Of a stretch of 64,000 bases of DNA, positions 51,501-64,000 are shown piece by piece (within the stretch, counting starts at the first letter, position 1; each line of letters starts with the position of its first letter). The position numbers were made by a program, and so were the translations under genes. The stretch comes from Welwitschia mirabilis (lineage: Eukaryota): contig JBOZIK010000001.1 of the NCBI GenBank assembly GCA_051453625.1, positions 36,961,156 through 37,025,155 of the forward strand, written 5' to 3'. The notes under the pieces were generated by a model. It saw nothing but the letters and a program-made list of their open reading frames with translations, was not told where the DNA came from and did not search any database.

Positions 51501-52904
51501 ACCCTTTTTTCCTCTGGTTGACTCAAGTGACTCATGTCACTTGATCTAGTCAATTCTAGCTTATATTTGGTTGACTGCCTTTCCCTAAGTATGATCAACC
51601 CCTTATGAACTTTGGTTGATAGCCTTTGTCTATGTCCAATCATCCCCTTTTGAAATTTCATTAACCCCTCTTGAACTTTAACAATTTTTAGAAATAGAAT
51701 CCTAAGAGAAACATTAATGTTCATTTGTCTTATAGGCTTTATCAACTTATAACTTAATCTACATATTTAATTTGTTGAAGATATGTTAGTTTGACATCAA
51801 TTTAACAATCTTAACTTAACATTTTTATATTTGAGATAAGGAGTCTAATTAGAATGTAGAGAGTGCTAGTTAAATAAATATGGAAAAAAGGGTAAAGGAT
51901 AAGGGCTATGGTAGTTGAGTTGGATGAAGTTCTTTAAGGGGTTCTCAGGCCTAATGTAATCACCTATAATTTTATGTTGTATATAATTTGGAGTGTTGTA
52001 CAAATTATCACTATTTCCATAAGTAAACTAGGATTTAGAAGGTGTTAGATGGATTATGCACTTAACTCATGATAAGTTTTTAAGAAAAAAATTACTATTT
52101 TAACTTTAAGATTTACATTTTTTTAATTTTTTAAATTTTTAGAGGGGTTTGTTATCCAAAAATTTTTATTGAGTCAAGAAAAAGATTTTGTTATTTTTAT
52201 AGAGCATTTTGTGTAGAATAGTTGGCTGCACTATTCAGACAAGGTAGCAACACTAGTTAGAACGAGAGTTCACATTACAGAAAAATTTTAGATCTTTGTA
52301 AACATCTCATAGCTCGAACAATATTTTAGGATTGCAAAAAAATAGAAACAAAATAAAAACATGAGTAGACATGAAATCCATGCTTTAACAAAATTTGATT
52401 AAAAATTTTAAGCTTTTTATGTTTTTAAATGGTCATCTCACATAAAACTAGAATTAAAAAAAGAACATAAAAAATTAAAGCATGTAAAGTTAATTAAAAT
52501 TTTTAAGTTTTTAAATTTTCTCCTTAATCTACCTACAACAAAATGCTATATCTATACAAAAATAAGTTAGAATTAAAAAATCTAAATAAAACTAGTTCAG
52601 GTATTACTTGAAGAACTAGTACCAACCACTAGAAAGCACACAAAAGAAAGGAAAATTGGACCAATTCAGGTATTACTGGAAAGGAATAGTACCCACCACT
52701 AGAGAAGTAAAATCTAATTAAATAATTACGAGGAATAAAAAGTTTTGATCTTTCTGAGTAGCTACCACGCCAAGAAAACACTCAGAATGCTATTATTTCT
52801 TGATGCTGCAGAGGTACCATGCTTTTCACAAATGAAGGAAGATTACAAGTGAGGTTTTAAGGCCTTTTTATAAATAAGGTTAGGATTAAGGTAATTAAGA
52901 GAAT

Positions 52905-53120
52905 TTAGCTTATAGTATTAGGTAGAATCTTCATTATTTAGCATTAGGTAGTTAAGATTCTATCTTATAGCATTTGGTGAAGGTTTTCTTATAGTGTTAG
53001 GTAGATAAGATTATGTCCTCTAAGATTAGGTAGAATCTTCATCATTAAGTATTAGGTGGAGGTTTTTTTTATAGCACTCAGTGGAGATCCTCATATAGTA
53101 TTAGGTGGAATCTTCATCAT
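52905..53120 (+). repeat. Degenerate ~25-bp tandem repeat
   Basis: About eight units with core TAG(T/C)ATTAGGT(A/G)GA. Confidence 0.7.
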
Positions 53121-53469
53121 GATGAATCCAACATATGGTCTTTGAAGCCAGATTCTTCTACCAATTAGTGCTATTATCACATGTTTCTAGTTCCACCTCC
53201 AAATTCCTCTGTCGTATATCTTTTAGTTCTGCTACTATATGTTACCATCTTATTTCTTAATTTCCCTAGTTATTTTTATATAGAATTACGTCCATATTAT
53301 ACCATGTGTTCCAAAGCATGGCTAAAGACTTGTAATTATCATGAAGAAAATTATAATATTAAATATTATTTAAAAAATAATAAAAGACATATTTTATGAT
53401 TAAAATTATTAAATTAATATATTCATTTATACGAAATTGGCATTAAACGTTTGATATGATTGTCAATTT

Positions 53470-55890
53470 TCACATGTAAATAGTGAGGGTAACATTCCTA
53501 GAGGAGTTTTATATGCTATCTCATAAGCTCATAAGATACCATGTAGCTTATAGGACCAAACATTTATTATTGAACTCACCACATTTTACAATATTTTCTT
53601 GATTTCTATATTAGTAACTTTAACTTATCCACTTGTAGAGATGATATGATATTGAAATTTTATAAGTGATTCTATGTTTGGTTAAGAGGTTTTTAAAGAT
53701 TTTGTTGCAAAAATAATCAAACACCTAGGGTAACCAAACCTAGTCAAAATATTGGTCTTGAAAAAGTCTAATATAGTTTTAGCATCAGTATACTTACAAG
53801 AATAGGCTTTTATCCATTTAATAACATAATCACCATATACTAAGATGTACTAATGTCCATTAGAAGGTGGGTAAGGTTATTAAAAATCAATGCCCTATAT
53901 GTTAAAAGATTCCACAACTAATATAGGATTTAATGACATAATGCCACTTATACCAAGACTCCCAAGTTTTTGGTAATTTTTACATTATTTATACAAGAGA
54001 TATAAATCCTTAAAGATAGTAGGCTAATAAAGTCCAAATTATAAGATATGGATTATAGTTTTATGAGAGGATAAGTGACCACCACATGTTACTGAATAAC
54101 ATGATCTAAGAATGTTTTAAATCTCATTTTGATATGAATCTTCAAATGGTTTGATTAAGATAGTATTTGAAAAGATAAGGGTCATCCCAAAAGAAGCACA
54201 TCACATAACTCAAGAATTTATTTTTGTCATTGGAAGTTTAATGAGAAGGCATAATTCCCAAAACAAGATATTTAGAAATATCAACATACAAAGGTGCTTT
54301 AGAAATAGAAAAAGATACTCATTAGGAAATAAATCATCAATAGGAGCAATTTCTTTTAGGTTATCGTAATGAATTTAAGACAAGTAATTAGCAACTAAAT
54401 TCTCAAAACCTTTCTTATCCTTAATTTCAAGGTCCAATTCTAGTACTAGAACACCTATTTGATAAGTCTTAACTTGGCATCATTTTTTGCAAAAAGGTAT
54501 CTCACAACTAAATGATTTATGTAGATAATAATCGTAGATCCTAGAAGACATTACCTAAATTTTTCTAAAACAAAGACAATGGTTAAAAGCTACTTCTCAA
54601 TAATAGTGTATTTGCATTGGTTATCATTTAGGATTTTACTAACATAGTAGATAATTGTGGATTTCTTCTTCATTCCTTGTCTTAGAACAACACCAACTAC
54701 ATAATCATTGACACCACACACCAGTTCAAAAGGTAATGACCAATTGGATGGTTGGATAATAGGTGCTAAACTAAGTTTGCATTTGATTCAATTAAAAGAT
54801 AGTTGACATTATTGAGTCCACTTAGAAGGAACATCTTTTGTTAGAAGGTCACATAAATATTTGATAATTTTGCTAAAATTTTCAATGACCTTATATAGTA
54901 TCTAGCATGTCTAAGAAAAGATATGACATATTTAAACTTTTAATTAAAGAGACTTTTATAGGATTCACTTTAGTTCCATCCTTAAAAATGATGTAACCTA
55001 ATATAATACCACTATTTACCATGAAGTAACATTTTTTCCAATTTAAGACTATATGTTTTTTAGTATGTCTAATGAGAACAAGCTCAAGATTTACAAGGTA
55101 ATTCTTAAAGAAGGATCCACATATCAAAACATCATCCATAAAGATCTTGTCATAAGATTCTAAAAGATAAAAAAAAAATAAGCATACAATTTTTAAAGGT
55201 AGTAGGTGCATTGCAAACTCCAAAGGAGATTTGTTTAGAGATAAAAGTTCCATAAGAATAAGTAAAAGTAGTTTTTCCTTAGTCTTTGAGGGGAATTTCT
55301 ATCTAATTGTAACCTAAGTATCCATTCAAGAAATAATAAAAGGATTTGTTGACTAATTACTTAAATATTTAAATAGAAAATAGTAAATGAAAATTATATT
55401 TCTTAGTCACATCATTGAGTTTTCTATAGTCTATTCATATTTTTCATTTCATAGTAGGCCTTGTAGGGGTAAGTTTAAATACTAGTATAACTCTATCCTT
55501 TTTAGCTATGGTTTGAATTGGGCTCATCCACTTGCTATGAGATATATAATAGATAACGCCATTATTTAAGAGTTTCATCACTTCAGTTTTCACAACTTCC
55601 TTTAATGTGGAGTTAACTATTTGCTAAGGTTGAATGCTTAGTTTGATTATCTTCAAGGTAGATATGGAATATGCAAATACTAGGGTAAGTATTCTTAATT
55701 TATAATAAAGTCCATCTAATGGCTTGCTTTTGTCTCTTCAAAAGTTTAAGCAAGGCATCCTCTTGGGTAGGAGATAAAACCAAGCTAATAATTATAGAAT
55801 AATTCAAATATTTTATAAAGAAGGCATCATTAAGATCATTGAGTAATGGTTTTACTTTAATAATAGGTTTATCCTCATAACTCATAGTTG
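53470..55890 (-). pseudogene. Element E: Athila-like Ty3/gypsy RT, RNase H and integrase (decayed)
   Basis: QEDALLKLLKRQKQAIRWT, KIFMDDVLI, LNWKKCYFMV, ELVCGVNDYVVGVVL, DYVIKWIKA, TRFGYPR, AYKTPLGM; RT-RH-IN order. Confidence 0.88.
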
Positions 55891-57261
55891 ACTACAACTT
55901 ACATGAGGGAAAAGGCCCAAGATCATTAAGGAAGAAAAGGTGATCTAAACTATATTAAGTAGGCTATTATTACTTTCTTCAATGATCCTATGTTCAAACT
56001 CCAAAAGTGTAGTGGACTATTCTTCTTCTTCTTAACTAATTATTTAATAATTTGGATAATAACTTAATTGAGTTATTACATAATTTATTCAAGTCTCTAT
56101 ACAGTATGAGAAGTTTATAAGTTAAATTACTATTGAGACTCATTGATAAGGTATTGGGTTTTCATGAACTTATGAAGAATAGATTCTAAGAAATCTAAGG
56201 GAAAACATTAAGCTTTAAAAGGTAGAAAAAATTTAAAATCACAACTATACAATTGATATTAAACATCATGTATAAAGATATACAAAACCTAAGGATCAAA
56301 TGGAGCATGAATTCCATGGTCTAAGATGAAGGAGTAAGGACAATAATTTATGTTTGAGAGGTTTTAGTGGAGTTTGATTCATCTAAGATAAGAAAACAAC
56401 TGAGAAAATGTATGGTTCTAGAACTACACAGTAAGTAAAAAGATTCAAGATGCCATAAATGTGAATTTTACAAAAGATGAAGATAGTCTAATATAAGAAG
56501 CCAGCGATGCTGATGAGGGAAAAGGGTGGCACTGATAAGAGAGCATAAAAGCATTTTAGCAAAAATGATAGAAAGAGTTTGAGGAAAAAAAATAATAGTT
56601 TGAGATATAGGGTTAGTTCAGCTAACTAACAAAAATAGACTGAGTAAAGGATTTAGAAAGAAGTAATGCAACAATGAAAAATACAATGCAATGAAATGAA
56701 AGAAATGAAAATTACATAAATAAAAACTATAAATACTAAACCACTTCCCTAAGATTTTATGCTAATTAAGTCCTTTTAAAATATATCTTCAAATACTTGA
56801 TAAGGAAGTCACCTAGGTAGAAAAGAAACAAAAAGAGAGAAGAGATAGTAGAGAGAGAATATAGATAGAAGAATGATTTTTTTTTTTGTTTTATTTTTAT
56901 TGTCTTTCCTTTAAAACCTATAAAAGATCAGCCTATACAAGAAAATTTAATATACTATCTAGATAATCTTTTGCAAGAAAAGAAAGAAAAGAAAATAAGC
57001 AAAAATAAAAATTAAAATAGAATAAAGGATAAAGTAAAAGAAATTAAAAAAACGTTAACATATGATTTCCATTAATCAAGTGTGAGGCATGATTAACATG
57101 AATCCACTAATGATAAAAATGAAAATGAAAAAGAAACTAGAAAATAGGGTAGTATTAAAAATTTAAAATAAAATAAAAAGAGAAAAAAGGAAAAAACTAA
57201 AATTAAAAGAGTACAAAAAAGTAAATTTTGTGCATGGCCTACTGAATCCACCATGTCACTA

Positions 57262-58504
57262 TCCCCATCAATAGTGATAAAAAGCTATTTGTAATGAAAT
57301 CTAGCTATGCTTATATCTATCATCAATAAATGATAAATCATAAATAACCTTAGGAATACAAATCTTGCATGATCAAACCTAGCTTGTAGCCCTAGTATTG
57401 TTCTTTCATAAAGATAAATGACAAAAGATATTAGAGTAGTAGAGAGTAAAATGATATTAGAGATCTAGGAATGAAACATAACATTCAAACTAACATAATA
57501 AATTCAAGTAAAGGAATTATTTAAAGTAAAAACATGTAGGTTTACTTATTAACTCATTCACAATTATATAATCCACTATAATCATGAGTGTTCATGTAGT
57601 CCAAGCTCAAGTACAATGGCATAATCTCATTCATTATGGATATGAGAGTGATATAACTAAGCACCTAGCCTTCATAACAATAATTAAATAAATATGGAAA
57701 GTAAAGGTCTCTCCTAAGATCCATCAAATGAAAATAAGAATCACCAAAATAGATCTTAAAGTAAAAGCATATTTCAACCAATACTAAGAATCACAAGTAT
57801 GACATTTACAACTTGATATCAAAATAATGCACCAAGAAGATGTAACACTTTATTATTTAAAAAGTAAAGCATACAATTTAAATGTACACATGCTAAACCA
57901 AGAAGCATCATGCTAGTTTGGTAGCTAGCCCATCACTATGGAAGGCTTAGAAGGAACTCATGAATAAATATCTAATTTCTTTGATAATGATTTGCCTTGA
58001 AGTAATATTTTTTAAGTAAGGAGAGGTAGGTTATTTATAAGGTAGAATTAGGATTTCAATTAGAATTTCAAAGGCCTAATAGGATCATTATAAATAATGC
58101 CCAAAATATATAAAATAATTTTTTGGTCATGGAATCAAATTGAGGGGTTTCCCTTAGAATATGTTCCTCATTCATCTTATTTTTATGAAAATGTTTGGAA
58201 TGGATTTCTTACATCAAGAAAACTTAGAAATGTAAGAATGATACTACTTTGCTTAAATAACTAGCACTGTCATGCCTAGAATTGACATCATTACCAATTA
58301 TGATTAGCACACATCCATCTCCTACCACAATGCTCCTAATGTTACATTTATCCTACAAAATAATAATGTTAAGGCAAATTAGTAATAAAATATAATTTTC
58401 ATGTCTCAAGTTTAAGACATGCATGAAACTGTCATAGTAAATAATTAAACTTTCTAACAAGACATTAATTCCTTAATATCAATGTTAATTTTTGAGTTTT
58501 ATCA
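57262..58504 (-). repeat. Element E PBS (57262-57284) and putative LTR
   Basis: Minus TTTTTATCACTATTGATGGGGA resembles a deaminated Athila PBS TTTGGCGCCGTTGCCGGGGA; candidate LTR start TGATAAAACTC at 58504; boundaries uncertain. Confidence 0.45.
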
Positions 58505-59156
58505 TACTTCCCAATTAACTAGTCCATTATCAAAATGTATGTTAAAAAATTAGTTAACTTGATAGAAATTAGCAATCAACTTAATAAAGTACAAAAGGTG
58601 AATTATTTTAAAGAAAAAATTGGTCAATGTGCTCTAAAATTATACTTTAAGTAAAAGATAGAGCATGAAAAGTAAGTACTTTAAGTGTAAATGCCACTTC
58701 CCTTAATGAAAGATAAACATTATCCTTAAATCTTAAAAGATAAAAAATTAAATGTGAATACAATGAAGAATGAATGATGCATACGCTAAAGTGGTCTAAA
58801 ATGAGATATAAGAAAAAAAAATTACTAAAAAGAAAATATGAAATGCAGGATTAACCTAAAAAAGATAAGTTTCAAGCTAATGCAAATGAAAGACTAAAAA
58901 TCAAAGATAAAACTTTAGTTACAATGTCTTAAAATTTTGAATCTAAGGTACATGACTATAAAATCTCATAAAATAACTGAAAGAGGATGTGAAAAAAAAA
59001 AGTGAATGTGATGATTTTAAAATGAAGTTATAAAGAATAAATTTGGATCACTTAATTTTTATAACTTTGTAATGGAGATCCAAGAGCTAAAAACATAATA
59101 TGTGATCAAGAATGCTTGTGTAGAATGGGAACATATCTGCACATCTTAAGGTGGTG

Positions 59157-60333
59157 TGTTGTAATGTAAATTTGTAAAATCTTTAAGTCCTTAAGTAGAT
59201 CCTATCAATCAAAAATACTTATAGAAAAACACACACTAGTATAGATGAGAGTTAATCCAAATGTCATAATCCATTGAAGGCACTAGGCTAGAAATTAGAG
59301 AATTTATTTTCTTTTTGGTTTTTTTCCTTTTAGGTAAATTAAAATAAGAAATGATGCAAATGCAATGTAAGATGAATAATATTGTAGTACTTAATATATG
59401 AAATGCAAAATGCAATAACTTAAGAAATTAATGTATTTTACTACCAATCTTTCTATCATAAAGATTAGGCTTTATAACTTAGATCAATTAGAAAGAACTA
59501 TTACTTAATCCTAACCAACATAAGCTATAAGATACACCAAAAAAAAATAGATAAATACAACTATGGAAATGCAATATCAAATGAGTGTAAAATCTAAACT
59601 AATAATATCAACCTTAACAAAGGTTTTCCTTATGATCTAGATCAACTATGAAGCTATGACAAAATCATAATCAATTTAAACCATGAGGGAGGAATAAATG
59701 AAGCATTAAATTATAAAGTAGAAGCACCTCAATGGAGGATACACAACCCAACACCAAGGAAGACCTCTCTCTATAGCTATGGATGGATCTCTTGTCCTTC
59801 AATCTCCCATCACAAGACTTTTTAGTTTTACATTAAATATTATGGAAGAAAAATCCTAGAAGTCAAAGATGAAATCATAGTAGTCTACATGGGGTGCATG
59901 ACCCCATTATAAAGCAAATTGAATTTGTTCATATGAAATAGCTATCATCCTTCCTATTATCCGGACAAGTGCTAAGATAATGCTCATAATAGAAGATGAT
60001 TCATTAGCTTTCAATTCCATAATTAGCCCCATAGCTTTAGTCCATGTTAGCATTAGTGTCATCCTAGCTATTATGGAGATGATGGAGGGGACGATAGTCT
60101 TTCTTATCTTTTCAACTAAGAAAAATTAGCTGCCTGCATCATTGGTTTTCTCCTCAAAGTGCTAAACATTAGAATTAGCTTAAAATGCATTCAAATACAT
60201 TAAGAATTACATGTTTTTGTGATCATCCCATCAATGCTCCATAATCATTAGAATTTCATCTAAACCTATCTAAAGATCCTACAAAAGTACTCAAAATACC
60301 CCATTAAATTACATATAATTTAGCATTGTAACA
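59157..60333 (-). repeat. 3' LTR of gypsy element F
   Basis: Inverted termini TGTTACAATGCTAAATT / TGTTGTAATGTAAATT; purine-rich GGCTAAGTAGAGGGCTA directly upstream on minus. Confidence 0.65.
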
Positions 60334-63129
60334 TAGCCCTCTACTTAGCCTTATCAGTCCCTGACAAAGTAAATGATTAACTACAAATTATGAGCATAAT
60401 TAATTAAGATAATAGTAACTAGGAAAACATAAATTAAATTCATAAATTTGTATCATGTAGGATCTAATATCAATAACTAATGAATTTATGTATTACCTCT
60501 ATAAGATGTGCAATAATTTTGCTGTCCTAGGTGTTATCCAAACGACTATGGAGCTAACATGCTTTATAAATCAGAATGAAAATTAAGTGCATATGAATAT
60601 GATCATTAAAAAAAATTAGATTATTGGAAACTTTGTTAGTCCTCCACTTAAAACATTTCATACATTACAAGATAAAAATTGAATGTCATACACAAAAATT
60701 GTCATTAAATATAACCATTATAACTTAGAAAAAATAATGATATATATGGATAATTAAAGCAGTGTAACTAAAAATGATGTGTATAAATNNNNNNNNNNNN
60801 NNNNNNNNNNNNNNNNNNNNNNNNNNNNNNNNNNNNNNNNNNNNNNNNNNNNNNNNNNNNNNNNNNNNNNNNNNNNNNNNNNNNNNNNAAATAATGAGAT
60901 ATATGGATAATTAAAGCAGTGTAACTAAAAATGATGTGTATAAATCAATCAGTAAGTTTAAAGGATAATCTATAAGGGATAAATAATCTACAAGGGGTGT
61001 ATACAAAAAATAATGATAACATTACTCCTCTTATCCATGATCTCTTGGATCTCTTAGATTACACCTACGACTGCTTTATTATGTACCACTAAATAGTGTC
61101 TATAATGTAAATTATACAAGTAATATAAAATCATACACTAATTATCACATTACATATAGGTATCGTAAAAGCTCAAAAATGATCCTCATAATTAAAGTTT
61201 TTCTCTTAATATCTCAACNNNNNNNNNNTATATTGTAATAGTGTAAAAAGGACTGCTATCGCTTGCTTTGTCATTTAAACATCAAACATGAGATGACACT
61301 TAGAAAAGGAGAATCTAGTATAATGACAAAGTCTAGGTAGGGTCAGATAATTAATGATAAAAAAACTAAATCCTTAGAAAGTTATTATGAAGTCCAAAAA
61401 ATGGATAAAAGTAAAGAATCATGATAAAAAATGATCATGAAAAAGGAGTCAAATGTGGAAGGAACTCAAGGAAAGAGAAAATAATAGGGGCATGATAATG
61501 TATCAAGTAGAAAGAAGTAATGATAAGAAAACTCCTCAAATGTACTTGAATTGAGTAAGCATGTAAAAGTAGTAAGTGAATGTCTCAAACTCAAAAGAAA
61601 TGAGAATAGATAGTATCATTGTCATCTATCAAAAGTGCTAAAGAAGGCCAACTCTTATGGATAAAAACCATAAGTGAAAGAAAAAACAACAATATGAAAA
61701 CTACTGAATGATTAAGTTCTAAATTTTATGATAAAAAGTATGAAAATGACTTTAAAATACCAAGGGAAAAAACTAATGAAAACAAAATGAAAATGGACAA
61801 CTAGAAACATGAAGAAAATTATTTACCTATCCTAAATCTTAACCTAGCAAAGTCCCTTGGTAGAAATTATAAAATTACTTGATTATGAATGCATGATATG
61901 ATGTAAAAATTCATAAAGTATCATTTGAATAGACAATGGTTATGACAATGTCAAGAAAATTTAATNNNNNNNNNNNNNNNNNNNNNNNNNNNNNNNNNNN
62001 NNNNNNNNNNNNNNNNNNNNNNNNNNNNNNNNNNNNNNNNNNNNNNNNNNNNNNNNNNNNNNNNNCTTGGTAGAAATTATAAAATTACTTGATTAATAAT
62101 GCATGATATGATGTAAAAATTCATAAAGTATTATTTGAATAGACAATGGTTATGACAATGTCAAGAAAATTTAATGTTCATAATCAATGAATGATAAGCT
62201 CAAAAGCTGCTCAGAAATCAACTTACCTGCTTACATTCAAAATTAAACTGTAATCTGAAAAGGTAAAATGGTCATGTGGACGTACTATATGCACAATAAG
62301 TCTAGAAAACATGCAATCCTCTAATGATACAAGGTACATCAATGTTTCTGTAGCATCTAAGTGATAATTATGTAATGATAAGGAGAGTGTAACCANNNNN
62401 NNNNNNNNNNNNNNNNNNNNNNNNNNNNNNNNNNNNNNNNNNNNNNNNNNNNNNNNNNNNNNNNNNNNNNNNNNNNNNNNNNNNNNNNNNNNNNNAAGGT
62501 ACATCAATGTTTCTGTAGCATCTAAGTGATAATTATTTAATGATAAGGAGAGTGTAACCACTATCAAAGGAGTAAGAACCTATTAAGAATGGCTAATTAT
62601 CCCTCTAGTGGAGTTCTCACAACTATCATATCGCACTATCAAAGGCCTCTCTTAGGAAAATTTTCCTACGTGCACTTGTAGTAGGACATCATCTTTTATT
62701 TTAGATAAAAGAAAACTATTCTTCTTCTTTTATTTTTTTTAATTTTTTAAGTGAAATATCCCATATGACCAAGTAATTTTAAAGATAAGGTTGAAGAAAT
62801 GAGATAAAAAATAATTGAAAACACACCCAAACAACTAAAGACTCACACCATTAATAAAGAATACAAAAAACAAGGCATATTCCTTCAAAATAAAGTTCAT
62901 AGATGTATGAATGTCTTATCATTTTTGAATGCCTGAGTAAAAGATTACCAGTCATGCTAACTTTATTAACGTAATACATAACTCATGTTAAAGATATTCA
63001 AGTGATAGCATGATGTCCACTAAAGAAATCATCTTAAGGAAGAATTTAGACAATGATAGGAGAAAAGTCCTCCTTATTGATAGGGGCTTCTAAGACAAGT
63101 TCTCCTATCATATTTGAGGTTTTATTAAT

Positions 63130-64000
63130 AGATAATTTATATATTTTCAACCTTTGTACATTAACTTCTAGTGTTTGTATTAGAGATTTGAATTAAACCA
63201 TTAAGATGTAGTTTTTCTATAAGATAACGATCTAAGAATTTAGAGGTTAACTTATTATGTAAAAGATGCATCCAGGTATTGTATACTAGAAATAGTTTAC
63301 CTAGTTTAAGTTGTTTATGGGTTGTCTTTTTTTATTGTTTAAACTTTGCTTGGACTGTGTGAATAAGTTGATGATGTATACCATAAGTATGTTTTTCATC
63401 TAGATGATCAATTTGGGCTAATTAAGTCATAATATTTTTGTCTAAGTTCCCAAGGTTAAGTTCATAGGTAGGACAATAAGAGTTATAATATACATTAACT
63501 AGTAAAATACAAACTTTTTCATACATAAGTTCATAAGGTAAAAAGCTGAGATAATTTCATCACACAGTACAGTAAGCTCAAAAAACATTGTTAAGTTTAG
63601 AAGCCCAAGTTTTCTTATTGATAGAGAGTAGTTTTAGAAGCATCTTCTTAATTCTCCTATTAGCATGTTTATCTTGGCATTGAATTGTGGATGATAAGCA
63701 TAAGTAATTCTATATTCAATTTCAATGAATAAAAATGGTTTCCAAAAAAGATAATTAATAAAATATATCCCTTAATTATTATGATTCTAGGAAAATTCAA
63801 ATATTGAAAGATATAAGTTTGGACAAAATTACAAATAGTTCGAGCATCATTTTTGGTAATAGGAATAACTTTAACTCATTTGGTAATATAATCAACAACC
63901 ACTAAGATGTAGTTTTTATCAGGAGAAGATATTTGATAAGGCCTATAAAATTAATCCTCTAATAATCAAAAGGTTCACATTTAAGCATAGGTTTAAGGAA
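63130..64000 (-). pseudogene. Element F Athila-like integrase (decayed)
   Basis: LKPMLKCEPFDY, NYILVVVDYITK*VKVI..KNDART, C-terminal NVQRLKIY. Confidence 0.8.

Larger units (their letters stand above)
7347..51821 (-). mobile_element. Element C: Ty1/copia (Sirevirus-like) with full gag-pol, 3'-truncated, host of A1 and B
   Basis: 5' LTR 51821-51316 plus 21063-20531 (starts TGTTAAGTTAAGATTGTTAAATTGATGTCAAAC, ends GATCTTTTCA); PBS TGGTATTAGAGC 20530-20519; gag-pol downstream. Confidence 0.8.

Noticed and set aside
52597-52710. ~70-bp period duplication TTCAGGTATTACT..ACCACTAGA
   Set aside because: Two diverged copies in retroelement non-coding DNA; no further structure supported.

Overview
AT-rich, CpG-depleted plant-type heterochromatin from a gapped assembly; no intact host gene. 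The window is a stack of nested, degenerate retrotransposons whose order can be read from 5-bp TSDs. A minus-strand Sirevirus-like copia with full gag-pol (C, 7347-51821) sits beside an Athila-like gypsy (E). C's integrase holds a gag-deleted copia (A1, 7636-17827, TSD GAAGG). C's 5' LTR holds a pol-less gag+env-like copia (B, 21064-51310, TSD GGTTC). B's 5' LTR holds a ~5.1-kb TGTAACACCC-type solo-LTR-like element (D1, 29638-34775) and a second gag-deleted copia (A2, 35006-51011), itself interrupted by D2 (40409-46717). Two highlights: (1) D1 carries CpG-rich fragments of at least two unrelated host genes (a PPR gene resembling At3g61360 and an At1g75140-like gene) beside T18 tracts; (2) Sirevirus-like derivatives with reciprocal deletions co-occur: Pol without capsid Gag (with a conserved 32-codon hydrophobic leader ending in a shared TAG) and Gag+env-like without Pol. 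Homology calls come from manual translation and recalled motifs, not database searches.
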